Below, one piece after another: positions 51,024 to 63,096 of a stretch of DNA of 64,000 nucleotides. The translations under genes and the position numbers were made by a program. The notes below the pieces were generated by a model that saw only the letters and a program-made list of their open reading frames with translations, was not told where the DNA came from and made no database searches. Source of the DNA: Octopus sinensis (lineage: Eukaryota); assembly GCF_006345805.1 (NCBI RefSeq), contig NC_042997.1:193874001-193938000 (forward strand), in the 5' to 3' direction. Position 1 is the stretch's first letter, and each line of letters starts with the position of its first letter.

Positions 51024-53716
51024 TATATATATATCATCATCATCATCGTTTAACGTCCGTTCTCCATGCTAGCATGGGTTGGACGGTTCGACCGGGGATC
51101 TGTGAAGCCAGAAGGCTGCACCAGGCTCTGGTCTTATCTGGCAATGTTTCTACAGCTGGATGCCCTTCCTAACGCCAACCACTCCGTGAGTGTAGTGGGT
51201 GCCACCTGCACTGGAGCCAAGCAAGGCTGGCATCAGCCATGGTCGGATTGGTGCATTTTATGTGCCACCTGCACGGAAGCCAGTCGAGGCGGCACTGGCT
51301 TTGGCCACGATTCGGATGGTGCTTTTTACGTGCCACCGACACGGAAGCCAGTCGAGGCGGCGCTGGCATCGGCCACAATTCGGATAGTGCTTTTTACGTG
51401 TCTCCAGTCCAGGGGTCCTGGCATCTGCCAGGTGCCAGTCATAGGATTGGTTCAATTTTGATTCTGATTTCGATTTCACTTGCCCCAACAGGTCTTCGCA
51501 AGCAAAGGTGGGTAGGCATAGGTGTCTGTCGTTGGATGAGGTTCGATATCGACTTCGCTTGCCTCAGCAGGTCTTTGTGTGTCCAAGGGAGGAAAGGCAT
51601 GCATAAGTGGGCTGGACTCACTTGTCCTGCCTGGTCTTTTCACGCACAGCATATTTTCAAAGGTCTCGGTCGCAAGTCATTTCCTCAGTGAGACCTAAAG
51701 TTTGAAGGTCGTGCTTCACCACCTCAGCCCAAGTTTTCCTGGGTCTACCTCTTCCACGGGTTCCCCCCACTGCTAGGGATTGGCACTTTTTCACACACCT
51801 ATCTTCATCCATTCTCGCCACATGACCATACCAGCGCACACCACAACTGATGCTCCTTAAGTCCAACATTTCTCTCAGGGTACTAACGCTCTGTCGAGCA
51901 TGCACACTTACATTACACATCCATCGGAGCATACTGGCTTCATTTCTCGCGAGCTTACACATGTCCTCATGCTTGAGAAGACTCATCAAGCCAAGCAAAA
52001 TTGCAGTTGTGGCAGATACCAGTGTCATGCAAATGGCACCCATACCAGTGGCGTGTAAAAGCACAGATTACACTCTTGGAATGGTTGGCATTAGGAAGGG
52101 CATCCAGTCATAGAAAACCATGCCAAATCAGACTGGAACCTGGTGTAGCTTTCTAGCATGTCAGCCCGGTAAAACTGCATGGACAACAGACTTTAAATGA
52201 TGATGATGATCATATAAATATATATATGTATATATGTGTGTATGTGTATATAAAGTGATACTTTGCATCTATTTTTTCAGAATATAAAGAAGAATTGGCA
52301 GATTTCAGGGCAACAATTCAAAAAGCCATCCACAGTCTAAAGACTTGTTAGTATTATATTTCTTACAAATTCTCTCTCTCTCACTCTTTTCCCATTTTCT
52401 CACCTGTCTTTTCTCTCTCTCTCTCTCACTTGCATATGTGTATGTATCTATTAGTATCATTGTCAGTTGTCCAGTGGCATTTCGTCCACCTTGACATTCC
52501 GAGTTCAAATTCTTCCAAGGTCAACTTTGCCTTTCATCCTTTCAGGGTTGATAAATTAAGTGCCAGTTGTGTACTGGGGTTGATGTAAACAACTTAACCC
52601 CTTCCCCAAATTTGAGGCCTTGTGCTTGTAGGCAGGATTATTATTATTATTCAGATTTAGGCAATTATTATTATTATTATTCAGATTTAGGCAGTGGACT
52701 GACAGAATCGTTAGCACGATGAGCAAAATACTTAGTGGTATTTAATCTGCCTTGACAGTCTGAGTTCAAATTCCACCGAGATCGGCTTTGCTTTTCATTC
52801 TTTCAGGGTCAATTAAATAAGTACCAGCTGAGTACTTGGGTCAATATAATCGACTAGCTCCCCCCCAAAATTTCAGGCCTTGCATCTATAGTAGAAAGGA
52901 TTATTATTATTATTTATTATTGAGTGAGAGAGTAGTGCATGCCATCAAAGTGACACTGAGGTGAAATATACGAAACCCAGTATACCCATTATGACTACCC
53001 GTCTGATAAGGATACAACCAGACACATGCATCACAACCATATGTGCGTGACATGATCTCATATCAAGATAAACAGCGCATGACCTTGCAGGTGGGGCCCA
53101 GTTAGAATTTTCTTCTGGTTGAGTAACCAATCCCACTCAAAAGGTCCCTGAATAAGGGTTGTTTAAGGATGTTGAACAAAACACTCATGTTTCCAAAGGT
53201 GAATTATCCAAACCTCTAAGAATTCCTTTCGACATACGGCTATGATGCTCCCCCACTACTTCTGCTCGTGGTCAGAGATGCACATATTGTCAGCTACTAA
53301 AGGACATGGTCAACTGGTTACGGTCACACAACTGGCAAGCAAATCTGTAGAAATAGAGACACTACTGGGTCTGATCTGTTTGAAATTCTTCAAAGCTGTG
53401 TCATAGTATTCTTGCAGTCATTAGATGTCAAGCATGCTATGGCGCCACTCTGAAGAATTTCCAATAAAATTCCTGTGATTCATCTTCATTGCTTTACTAT
53501 GTGTTGTATCTTTTATATGGAATCATCATTTTTGTCTATTTTTTTCTTTTGTCTTTTTATACCTGCATTTAGTTTTTGGTGACTTCAGAGGTGACCCGTC
53601 TAGTCTACAGCAGTATTGGGCATCAATCGAGGTAGGATGATTTCAAAAACGATCTAACAAACTGTATGTGTGCATGTGTATATATGTGTGTGTGTGTGTG
53701 TGTGGTGTGTGTGTGT

Positions 53717-53760
<44 letters not shown>

Positions 53761-53865
53761 ATATGTGTGTGTTTATATATGTGTGTGTGTATATGTGTGT
53801 ACATCAATTGAGATAGGATGATTTCAGAAACGATCTAACAAACTGTATGCGTGCATGTGTATATA

Positions 53866-53896
<31 letters not shown>

Positions 53897-53921
53897 GTGT
53901 GTGTGTGTGCATGTGTATATA

Positions 53922-53952
<31 letters not shown>

Positions 53953-56900
53953 GTGTGTGTTTTTGTATTTGTATGTTTTCTGCTTCAGCAAAATGCAGTG
54001 GTTTTTTTGCCAGTGATCTGCAAAACATAACTACTACAATTATTTGCTGTTCGCGTTGCTCTTTAGCCCTAGGTCAGTCTTGCTCCACTAGACCTATTGA
54101 TCAGTAATGTCCACACCATGACATCTCATAACTTTTTTTTATATATATAACCATAGTCTAAGACTAAGTGTAGTTCCTTTTAAAGAGTTGGTTGTGTTTT
54201 GAGAGCAATATAACTGCAATTTCTGAGAGGTCAAAGTGACCTCAGCCAGATGTTCTTGATGACTTGATCGAATATTGATTCAGGTTGGTGAGGCATTATT
54301 TTAGCTCTGTAAAAACTACATTTCCACTGATTCTGTACACTTATGACTTTAACTTGGTCTCTCTTCTCCATATCTTTTTTATTAGTCTTCATTTTTATCA
54401 GTAAATTAGAGGAAGCTTAGTGTGTTGCCAAGGACAACAAAACCTGAAACTACATGGAAGTAGGTCTAAACCATGTAGAGTGTATCCAACACAAACATCA
54501 TCATCGTTTAACGTCTGGGGTTGGACGATTTGACTGAGGTCTGGCAAACCAGATGACTGCACAAGGCTCCAATCTGATCTGGCTGAGTTTCTACGACTGG
54601 ATGCCTTTCCTAATGCCAACCACTTCGAGAATGTAGTGGGTGCTTTTATGTGCCAACTGCAAAGGAGCCAGTCTAGTGGCATTGGCAACGACCTCGCTTG
54701 AATGTTTTTTTCACGTGCTACCAGCACAAGTGCCAGTAAGGCGACGCTGGTAATGATCACGCTTGAATGGTGCTTTTTATGTGCCACCAGCACAGAAGCC
54801 AGTTTGTTACTCTGGCAACGATCACACTCAGATGGTGCTCTTAGCGCTCCACTAGCACAGATACCAGTCATCGAATTTGATTTCGATTTCACTTGCCTCA
54901 ACAGGTCTTTGCAAGTAGAGTTTAGTGTTCAATGAAGGAAAGGTAAACATATAAAAGGTGCAGTGGATTCTTGGTCAAGCTGATAGAGAAGGGTTTCATT
55001 TGCAATAATAGTTTCCAAACAGTTTAAAAAGTGGACTAAGTTAATCTGCAAACTATCTTATTCTAGTCTTTGAAATGTTTGTTTAAATAAACTCATTTCA
55101 AGAAAGTATCCAGTGGGTCGCAAGATAAAATTCTGCAGGGAGCTGGCAGAAACGTTAGCACACCAGGCGAAATGCTTACCGGTATTTCGTCTGCCATTAG
55201 GTTTTGAGTTCAAATTCCGCCAAGGTCGACTTAGCCTTTCATCCTTTCGGGGTCAATAAATTAAATACCAATTTTCTGGTGCTGTAGAAATGGAGACACT
55301 GGGGTTGATATAATTGACTTAATCTGTTTGTCTGTCCTTGTTTGTCCCCTCTATGTTTAGCTCCTTGTGGGCCATAAAGAAATAAGATAAAAGTCTGCAG
55401 GCCTCAGGTTGGCCAGCCCTGACTTAATTTCTAATGTTTAATGAGTTAATTTTGTTTTTTTTTTGCAGGTTAGACATTGTAAAAATATTGAGAAAGCACG
55501 AGAGTTATGGAACAGCATCATGACTCAGGGTCACGGAGCTGAAAGCCACATGTGGATGGAGTATTTCCAGATGGAGAAGTAAGTTTTTATGAACCCTCAC
55601 AATTGCCCAATCTCTTGTGTAATTAATTACTGTATGTAATTCTCACTTATACAACAGTGTGGATTGCTTCTCAGCCACACAGTTTCAGGTTCAGCCTCAC
55701 TGCATGGCAGCTTCAGCAAGCATCTTCTATTATTGCCCTGAGCTGATCAAAGCCTTGTGAGTGGGTTTGGTAGATGGGGATCTGAAATGAGCTTATTTGT
55801 GTGTGTGTGTGTGTACTGTGTGTCTCATCTTGGCAACACATGATTGTTGTAAACAAGCGTCACTGTCTTACAAGCAACGTCATTCATCATCATCATCATC
55901 ATCATCGTATAACGTCCGTTCTCCATGCTAGCACAGGTTGGACGGTTTGACCGGGGATGTGGGAAGCCAGAAGGCTGCACCAGGCTCCAGTCTTATCTGG
56001 CAATGTTTCTACAGCTGGATGCCCTTCCTAATGCCAACCACTCCGAATATTCTGCATAAACTTGTCTGGCCAAAGGGAAATATTACTTTGCTTGGAAACG
56101 AGTGAGGGTGAGTGACAGGAAGGGAACCCGGCCTAGGAAAGTCAGTAAATTTTGGGAAGTTCACCCGCATGCATTTCATCATCATCATCATCATCATCGT
56201 TTAGCATCCGCTTTCCATACTAGCATGATTTGGACGGTTCAACTGGGGTCTGGGAAGCCAGAAGGCTGCACCAGGCTCAGTCCGATCTGGCAGTGTTTCT
56301 ACGGCTGGATGCCCTTCCTAACACCAACCACTCCGTGAGTGTAGTGGGTGCCTTTTATGTGCCACCGGCACAGGTGCCAGACGAGGCTGGCAAACGGCCA
56401 CGATCGGATGGTGCTTTTTACATGCCACTGGCATGGGGGCCAGGTGAGGCTGGCAACGGCCACGATTGGATGGTGCTTTTTACATGCCACCGGCACAAGG
56501 CCAGTCGGGGCGGCGCTGGCAACGGCCACATTCGGATGGTTCTCTTATGTACCACTGGCACTGGTATCACAGCTGCAATTTCCATTGATGTTGATCAATT
56601 TCGATTTTCACTTGCCTCAACAAGTTTTCACTAAGTTAAAAAAAAAGACCTTGGATTTTTTGCATAGAATCAAGTACCCTGACCTCCTAATGTGCTGCAA
56701 ACTCCTTTGGAAAAAGGGGTCATTTTTTTTTTTTTGTTGAATGAATTATGGTAACCTCCTAATATGCTATATTTAATAATAAACCATGTAATCTACACTC
56801 TAAAAAATGTATCTCTGTAAAATGCTGGGGGTGAAATTTCCTATCATATCATATTTCATGATGATTTCTTCAGTGAATCTAAATAATTCTTCAAGGAAAA

Positions 56901-59322
56901 TATAACTTTCCTCTTAATGTTGCAGGGCTTATGGTAATGCAAAGAATTGCCGCAAAGTACTACAGAGGGCACTTAACTCAGTCACTGATTGGCCACAGGG
57001 GATTGTTGATGCCTACTTACAATTTGAACGAGAAGAAGGTAAGCTTTTACAGGTGTGCATGTGCGTCTGTGTCTGTGTATGTGTTTCAGTTGGGTGTACA
57101 ATGCTGTTGTTTAATCCCAGGTCAGTTTTGATTTTGCAGACCTATGATGAAAGGCGTTCCAATTATAACTATTATGTTATTTTATATATCTAGAACAACA
57201 TTGACTAATGTGTCCTTCATTTTTTTTTTTAAGACACTAGGATGTAATTTGAGAGAAATCAGCAAATTCTTGCAGGTTGAGCTGCTCCATCATTTTTTTT
57301 TTTATTTGGTAATTATCTTACATAGGACATATAATTGAGATTGAATAGAGTATGCTCCCACCACAGCTCAAAACTGAGTCAGTCAGTGATCTGTGGGCTA
57401 AATCATGTGTTAAATTACTTGTTTATTAGTAAGTAGCTCTATCTGCTATTGTACTATATATAAGGTTGTCCCAAAAGTTCGTAGAAAGTCTTGGAAAATA
57501 ATGGTCTTTATTTTGAGGAATAATTTTTGTTGTTTTTGTTAGTACTTGGCGAGTAAAAATTCAATTTTCGCAAGTGTTTACGAACTTTTGGGACAACCTA
57601 ATAATACAAGTATTTTACACTGACTAATTATTTATTGGACAAGTTACTTTAAATGAATTCAGTATAATGTCAGGAAAGTTGGGTGTGTAGGATGTAATTG
57701 TTTGATGTGAATGTGTATGCAATATATTGTATAAATCAGACGATAGTCGGCATGTGGTGAGGAGCATATGTCAGTGAGACAAAGGCAGCATCTGGTGTTA
57801 CCACAGTTAAAGTATAAATAGAATTTTGAGAAAAATAACATTTAAGTGGATTCAAGTAAGTAGCAATCCTACCCTGGTGGTTGGTATGTATTACCAATAA
57901 CTATCTGAATTTAGAGTGCATAGGTGGTTCTTGTTGTTGTTATTAAGTGTTCTGCCCAGGGCACACATGAGAACAGCTGGAGTCACTCGGCTCTTCAGCC
58001 TCAGCCACTAGTCTAGAGATAGACTTGAAGTTTTATATTAGTGTAGCAACAGTTACATATGCAATGAGTGAAGTAGTGTCATCTTTATTTATTGTCCATT
58101 TTCCGTGCTGGCATGGGTTGGATGGTTTGATAGGAGGAGAGCTTCTCCAGACTCCAATTGTTAGTTTTAGCATAGTCTTTATGGCTGGATGCCCTTCCTT
58201 ATGCCAATCACTCCACAGAGTTTACAGGGTGCTGCTTACATGGCACCAGTTTGTGTAAATTGCTGCTTCCACTCTTCTTTATTTTAACTGCTAAAGAATC
58301 GTCATCATCTCATCATCATCATCATTTAACATCGGCTTTCCATGCTAGCATGGGTTGGACAGTTAGACTGGGGTCTGGGAAGCCAGGAGGCTGCACCAGG
58401 CTCCAGTCCGATCTGGCAGTGTTTCTACAGCTGGATACCCTTCCTAACGCCAACCACTCTGTGAGTGTAGTGGGTGGTTTTTACATGCCAGGTGAGGCTG
58501 GCAACGGCCACGATCAGTTGGTGCTTTTTATGTGCCACCGGCATGGAGGCCAGACGAGCCGGCGCTGGCAACGGCCACGTTCGGATGGTTCTTTTACATG
58601 CCACCGGCACTGTTATCACAACTACAATTTCCCTTGGTTTTTGATTGATTTCAAAAATCAAGGGAAATCTCATCGTTATTTCACATATTTTTCCACGTAT
58701 GGGTTGGATGGGCCTCTTTCATCACCCCTTCTTGCCTGTTGTCATAGTCCTTTGTCATTTCCGTCGGGTGGCCCCAGCACCCCATGATCAGATCCCCCAC
58801 CACTCTCCTTCCCACATCTTCTTTAATTAAAAACAAAAAGCCTGTTTCTTGTACTGGACAAACTACTTACTTGTTCCCCTTTCACTACTAGGTACCTTAG
58901 AAGACTATGAAATTTCCCTCAACAAATGTACTGCCCAACTACAACGGTTACAACAAAGACAAGCTCTGGTAAGTAGGAGTTTATCAATAGATATTTAACA
59001 CGGGGCTGGCGGGGATGAGTCGGGGAGGCCACAGTCAATGTTATCGTTCATTTTGTTTCTTTATATATGGCATTTTAGATGTAAGAATTAAGGTTGTGAT
59101 GTACATGCCTTTCCCAAGGTCATAATCACAGGAAATTAATTGGGAATTGAAATCAAATCAAATTATTTTACATGTGCATGTATGTATGTGCTGCATGCAC
59201 ATTTAAGTGCAGCATTTATTTCTATACATCAAAATATATACACATACGCCCACATACATAGTAATATTACATATTTATGTATATATATATATATATATAT
59301 ATACATATTTCGCTTTCTCTCT

Positions 59323-59363
<41 letters not shown>

Positions 59364-59847
59364 TAAATATAAAAAATTTTTTTTGTAATGAGATAAAAAA
59401 ACAAAGGCTGTGTAGATTTTAGAACATTTATAGATAGGTCTTACAGCTGTTTCCAGGATATATATTATTATATCCCTTCATCAGAGACGATGTGAGAGGA
59501 TGGTTAAGTAATAGTTAATTTAGATGAATTAACTATTACTTAACCATCCTCTCACACCATCTCCGATGAAGGGATATAATAATATATATCCTGGAAACAG
59601 CTGTAAGACCTATCTATAAATGTTCTAAAATCTACACAGCCTTTGTTTTTTTATCACATTATGAAAAAAAAAATTTATATATACACGCTGACATATGACC
59701 AACATTGAACCCCTTATTCACATAATTACCGAACCTGGAACTTAACTATGGTCTATCTATAGCACTTATTCAGCATTACCTGACATCTTTCGGTTTCAAT
59801 GACACCATTACCTCTCATGACCTACACACACATACACACACATATAT

Positions 59848-59890
<43 letters not shown>

Positions 59891-62800
59891 AGAGAGAGAG
59901 AGAGAGAGAGAGAGAGTTCAAAATGATGCAAAAAAACAGAGACAGGTGAGGGAACAACAAACAAGGTGTATTAGCTCATTATTCAGGAAAAATGGAAGAG
60001 TCCTTGACATTTTGATCTTACGTTCTCCTACTGAATGAGGAGAGAGAAAAATTGTTTGAATTAATAGTTGCACACACATATATACACATATTTCATGTTT
60101 TTCCTTGCTAGGTTAACTCTGGTTAAAATTGTATGTCCTTTTACAAATTTGGACAAATTTCACATTTTGTTGAAGTTAATATTTTGTTGTTGGTTGAGCC
60201 TTGTGTTGCTAGCAATTAGAACCAGTTGTGATGCAGTCAAACACTGGCTAATATGATATATCCAGAAGGCATAACAATAATAACTGTAGCAAAGGTTACA
60301 GTTATGGCCACAGAGACAGTAATCTTAACTGTCTAACAACTCCGAGTATGGTCAGGTAGTTAAAAAGTTTGCTTTGCAATTACATGGTTCCAGTTTCAGT
60401 CCCACTGTGTTGCACTTCGTACAAGTGTCTTCTTATTTCTTTACTGCCCACAAGGGGCTAAACACAGAGGGGACAATCAAGGACAGACAAACGGATTAAG
60501 TCGATTATATCGACCCCAGTGCATAACTGGTACTTAATTTATCGACCCTGAAAGGATGAAAGGCAAAGTTGACCTCGGCAGAATTTGAACTCAGAACGTA
60601 GCGGCAGACGAAATACCGCTAAGCATTTCACCCGGCGTGCTAATATTTCTGCCGGTTCGCCACCTTCAAGTGTCTTCTATCATACACAGATCAACCCTTC
60701 CTTGTCATGAGCGAAATTGTTTAGATGGAATTGGACAGTTTTTAGCCAGCTTAGTTTTTCACCACCAGCTGTGGATTATGTTAATCCACAGCAATTGCTT
60801 GTGGATTTGCATAATCCACTCTTGCAAGCATGTGGATCAGATCTTCAGTTTGAAAATAGCCCATAGCTTGTGAGTTCTTTCTCCCTATTTCTCACCCCAA
60901 ACCCCTAGTAATGAAGATCCTTTACAAATGACTACAGGGACTGCTCTTTCTCATTTGACTGATCATCATCATTCTCATCATTTTAAAATTCACTTTGCAT
61001 GGGTTGTAGAGTTGATTGGCTAAATTTTCTACACTCGGATGCCATTCCTCTTACTAGTTTTCATGTTTACAAACAAGGGAATATTTCCCCTTAACCAGAC
61101 ATGTTCACCCAGAATACTGGAAATGAATGACACTGCTTGTTTACAGCTATCACATAATATATATACATACTCTACTCTTACTCTTTTACTTGTTTCAGTC
61201 ATTTGACTGTGGCCATGCTGGAGCACTGCCTTTTAGTCGAGCAAATTGACCCCTTTGGAAGCCTAGTACTTATCCTATCAGTCTCTTTTGCTGAACTGCT
61301 AAGTTACGGGGACGTAAACACACCAGCATCAGTTGTTAAGCGATGTTGGGTGAGGGGGGACAAACACAGACACACATACATATGTATATATATATATATA
61401 TATATACACATATATACGATGGGCTTCTTTCAGTTTCCGTCTACCAAATCCACTCACAAGGCTTTGGTTGGCCCGAGGCTATAGTAGGAGACACTTGCCC
61501 AAGGCATATAATATATATGTGTGTATATATATATCTATATATAATCAGCATTTAACATCCATGTTTCATGCTGGCATGGGTCGGATGGTTCAATAGGAAC
61601 CAGTGGACCCAAAGACTGCATCATGCTGTAGTGTCTGCTTTGGCATCGTTTCCATAGTTGGATGCCCTTCCTAACCACAACCATTTGACAGCCACTGGCA
61701 CTAGTGAGGTTACAATGCAGCTTGTAAGACTACAAAACCCAACAATGGGCTTCTTTTAGTTTCCATATGCCAAATCTACTCACAAGGCTTTGGTTGACCT
61801 GAAACTATAGTAGAAAACACCAGTCCAAGGTGACACACACTGAAACTGAACCCAAAGCCGTGTGGTTGAGAAGCAAGTGTCTTAACCACACAGCCATACC
61901 AGCTCTTAATAATCTGTATAACAACAATAATAAATTTATGTTTTACGTATGAAATCAATAATATGAGAATTGGGTGTTGTGACAGGGTCATTCTGACAGC
62001 TTATTACTGTTGTAGGCCAAAGAGAAAGAACAGATGATGAAGGAACAGAAACGGTTGAATGACCGCAACATTAAGAAGGTTGTGCGTAAACCAATTGGTT
62101 CCCATGAGAGGCCAGGGGACAGCAGTACGACAACGAAACGAAAGGTAGGCCCCCTTTTTTTTTTTTTTTTTTTTTTTTCGGTTTTGTTTTGGATGTTAAC
62201 CTCGTTGTTATCTCTTTCATGTTCATGCTTTGTTTGATTCACATCTGTTGTTAACCCCACAACATCGGTTGTAATAAATTCACATGCACTGTTTACATGC
62301 TTTGAAATAGATGATGAAAACATACGCAGTCCGATCTGCTGTGGTTTTGTACCTGTTTGTGTATCAGTTGATATAAATATCCACTATCACTCACGGAATT
62401 GATGATAGAGGCTACTTCAAGAAATATGATAGGTTTGTCAGATTCATCATCATCATCACCATAATTTAACGTCCGTTTTCCATGCTAGCATGGGTTGGAC
62501 GGTTCGACCGGGGTCTGGGAAGCCAGGAGGCTGCACCAGGCACCAGTCTGATCTGGCAGTGTTAAATAATTGTTGTTGACACACTACGGCAGAAATTGTA
62601 TTTACCTCAATAGACGTCATTGATTGGTTGAAATTGCCGAAATGCAAGAAGTTAAACAACAAATAGCTTACAAACTACAGAATTTTCTCAAGAAAGCCAA
62701 GAGAAAAAGATGTTTTATGTAACACACTACCAATATACAAAGTTTAAATGTGTTTAGTTACAAAAATTATTTTAAAAATCTGCCAGTCAAAGTGAAAAGA

Positions 62801-63096
62801 TCTGATATTTGTACTATTTTGTTACATATATATGTGTGTATGTATGTGTTTGTATACACACACACAGTCTGTCTCTGTGTATATATGCATCTGACTATTT
62901 ATCTATCATATATGTATGTATATATTGATCTTCCTCTTGCATTGCTCCGTTTATTTCCAGCTCCATGAACAACAACAAGTAAACATTACAGATAAAGATG
63001 GTTTTAAGATACCAGTGGTCCCTGCCCTTGTTGGAGAGGTTTCACCAAGGCAACACGACCCTGAAGGTCCTACATCTGCCAAAAAAGTTAAAACTG
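35245..63096 (+). CDS. SART3: SART3 / p110 / Tip110 (U4/U6 snRNP recycling factor, HAT-repeat region); 16 exons in window, 3' exons (RRMs) beyond window
   Basis: All junctions GT-AG with consistent phases (total 1,930 nt). Acidic N-terminus and HAT repeats similar to SART3: LWLEWLKDE, VWLEYVQYAIG, RAIFDRAVTEVGLHVVKGANIWDAYREFE, LFKRQLTVPL, RIQCIYERAI, ERSVRNCPW, KARELWNSIMTQG, CRKVLQRALNSVTDWP. Confidence 0.92.
36717..36893. mobile_element. 177-bp MITE with GG-starting TIRs and a 9-bp TSD, inserted into a SINE-A tail in SART3 intron 1
   Basis: TIR GGCG(TAA/ATC)CTTCGGTATAGGTAC; TSD CTTCTGAAG at 36708-36716 and 36894-36902. Confidence 0.8.
37728..37854 (+). CDS. SART3: SART3 exon 2 (ILSYPYTYAPHLDLIRALRQAGELERLRAARQYMSEIFPLTE)
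   Basis: AACAG| acceptor, |GTAAGT donor; 127 nt. Confidence 0.92.
40427..40528 (+). CDS. SART3: SART3 exon 3 (ELWLEWLKDE..KAVSDYL)
   Basis: TTTCAG| acceptor, |GTACTT donor; 102 nt. Confidence 0.92.
41018..41202 (+). CDS. SART3: SART3 exon 4 (AVDVWLEYVQY..ILAGLE)
   Basis: TTTAG| acceptor, |GTATGT donor; 185 nt. Confidence 0.93.
42955..43054 (+). CDS. SART3: SART3 exon 5 (PEEADSGK..LFKRQLTVPLL)
   Basis: AACAG| acceptor, |GTAAGT donor; 100 nt. Confidence 0.9.
44210..44745 (+). mobile_element. RTE-clade LINE 3' end with (GAT)n tail (family C); about 20 more copies or fragments in SART3 introns on both strands
   Basis: LGFTEAMTSDRDLWKYAV ORF end, 3' UTR with TTGGCGTTAGGAAGGGCATCC..CCAACCCATGCTAGCATGGAAA, tail GATGATGAT. 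Confidence 0.85.
45031..45158 (+). CDS. SART3: SART3 exon 6 (GIKDTYAELKEWF..LKPFEKEL)
   Basis: TTGCAG| acceptor, |GTATGT donor; 128 nt. Confidence 0.9.
45200..45650 (-). mobile_element. Mariner transposase relic in SART3 intron 6
   Basis: ..LCFNRTMQ.. (shifted LLQQDNAKPH) and EVLPHPAYSPDI motif, frameshifted. Confidence 0.75.
46396..46557 (+). CDS. SART3: SART3 exon 7 (AATDEYY..LWLQYTRYL)
   Basis: TTTCAG| acceptor, |GTGAGT donor; 162 nt. Confidence 0.93.
47431..47569 (+). CDS. SART3: SART3 exon 8 (DTKLPIKK..RNCPWKAELW..DVKIT)
   Basis: TTTAAG| acceptor, |GTAAAT donor; 139 nt. Confidence 0.92.
48470..49330 (-). mobile_element. 5'-truncated RTE LINE
   Basis: QEKRLCWYGHVVRM..VEGTCGRGRPRKTWDEVVKHDLRTL..DRDLWKYAV; (CAT)n at the left end. 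Confidence 0.88.
50026..50133 (+). CDS. SART3: SART3 exon 9 (DLYEQAINSGF..DYKRRRIDWTK)
   Basis: GACAG| acceptor, |GTATGT donor; 108 nt; resembles the human FEKALNAGF..DYLRRRVDF segment. Confidence 0.88.
50632..50902. repeat. ~270-bp fold-back palindrome in SART3 intron 9 carrying hammerhead-like motifs in both arms (50659-50719 on -, 50816-50876 on +)
   Basis: ~95-bp arms. Each reads GATAA-CTGAAGA-GATG..(C/T)ATC-T-GAAAC-TCGGA-GTT^TTATC. Confidence 0.8.
51030..51985 (-). mobile_element. 5'-truncated RTE LINE
   Basis: RNEASMLRWMCNVSV..VRWYGHVARMDEDRCVKKC..GRGRPRKTW..DRDL. Confidence 0.88.
52281..52346 (+). CDS. SART3: SART3 exon 10 (EYKEELADFRATIQKAIHSLKT)
   Basis: TTTCAG| acceptor, |GTTAGT donor; 66 nt. 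Confidence 0.8.
53573..53631 (+). CDS. SART3: SART3 exon 11 (FFGDFRGDPSSLQQYWASIE)
   Basis: TTTAG| acceptor, |GTAGGA donor; 59 nt; resembles the human GDPSC..NWARIE segment. Confidence 0.82.
55469..55578 (+). CDS. SART3: SART3 exon 12 (VRHCKNIEKARELWNSIM..EYFQME)
   Basis: TTGCAG| acceptor, |GTAAGT donor; 110 nt. Confidence 0.92.
56926..57038 (+). CDS. SART3: SART3 exon 13 (AYGNAKNCRKVLQRAL..QFEREE)
   Basis: TTGCAG| acceptor, |GTAAGC donor; 113 nt. Confidence 0.92.
57461..57601. mobile_element. 141-bp mariner-type MITE
   Basis: TIR AGGTTGTCCCAAAAGTTCGTA / TACGAACTTTTGGGACAACCT, TA flanks; TIR related to 21665-22233. Confidence 0.8.
58892..58968 (+). CDS. SART3: SART3 exon 14 (GTLEDYEISLNKCTAQLQRLQQRQAL)
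   Basis: ACTAG| acceptor, |GTAAGT donor; 77 nt. Confidence 0.88.
59438..59488 (-). ncRNA. Minimal type I hammerhead (intact CUGAUGA/GAAA)
   Basis: GTCT-CTGATGA-AGGGATATAATAATATATATCCTG-GAAAC-AGCT-GTA^AGAC; stem I GTCT/AGAC; palindromic stem III ACAGCTGT. Confidence 0.78.
59559..59609 (+). ncRNA. Mirror hammerhead copy on the SART3 sense strand with core CCGAUGA (U4C)
   Basis: ATCT-CCGATGA-AGGGATAT..CCTG-GAAAC-AGCT-GTA-AGAC. Confidence 0.55.
62016..62144 (+). CDS. SART3: SART3 exon 15 (AKEKEQMMKEQKR..TTTKRK)
   Basis: TGTAG| acceptor, |GTAGGC donor; 129 nt; in-frame basic linker. Confidence 0.8.
62961..63096 (+). CDS. SART3: SART3 exon 16 (LHEQQQ..DKDGFKIP..AKKVKT)
   Basis: TTCCAG| acceptor, |GTAAGA donor; 136 nt. 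Confidence 0.78.

Larger units (their letters stand above)
59370..59680. repeat. ~300-bp fold-back palindrome in SART3 intron 14
   Basis: Arms ~140 bp around a short central spacer near 59520 (..AATAGTTAATT-TAGATG-AATTAACTATT..). Confidence 0.9.
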
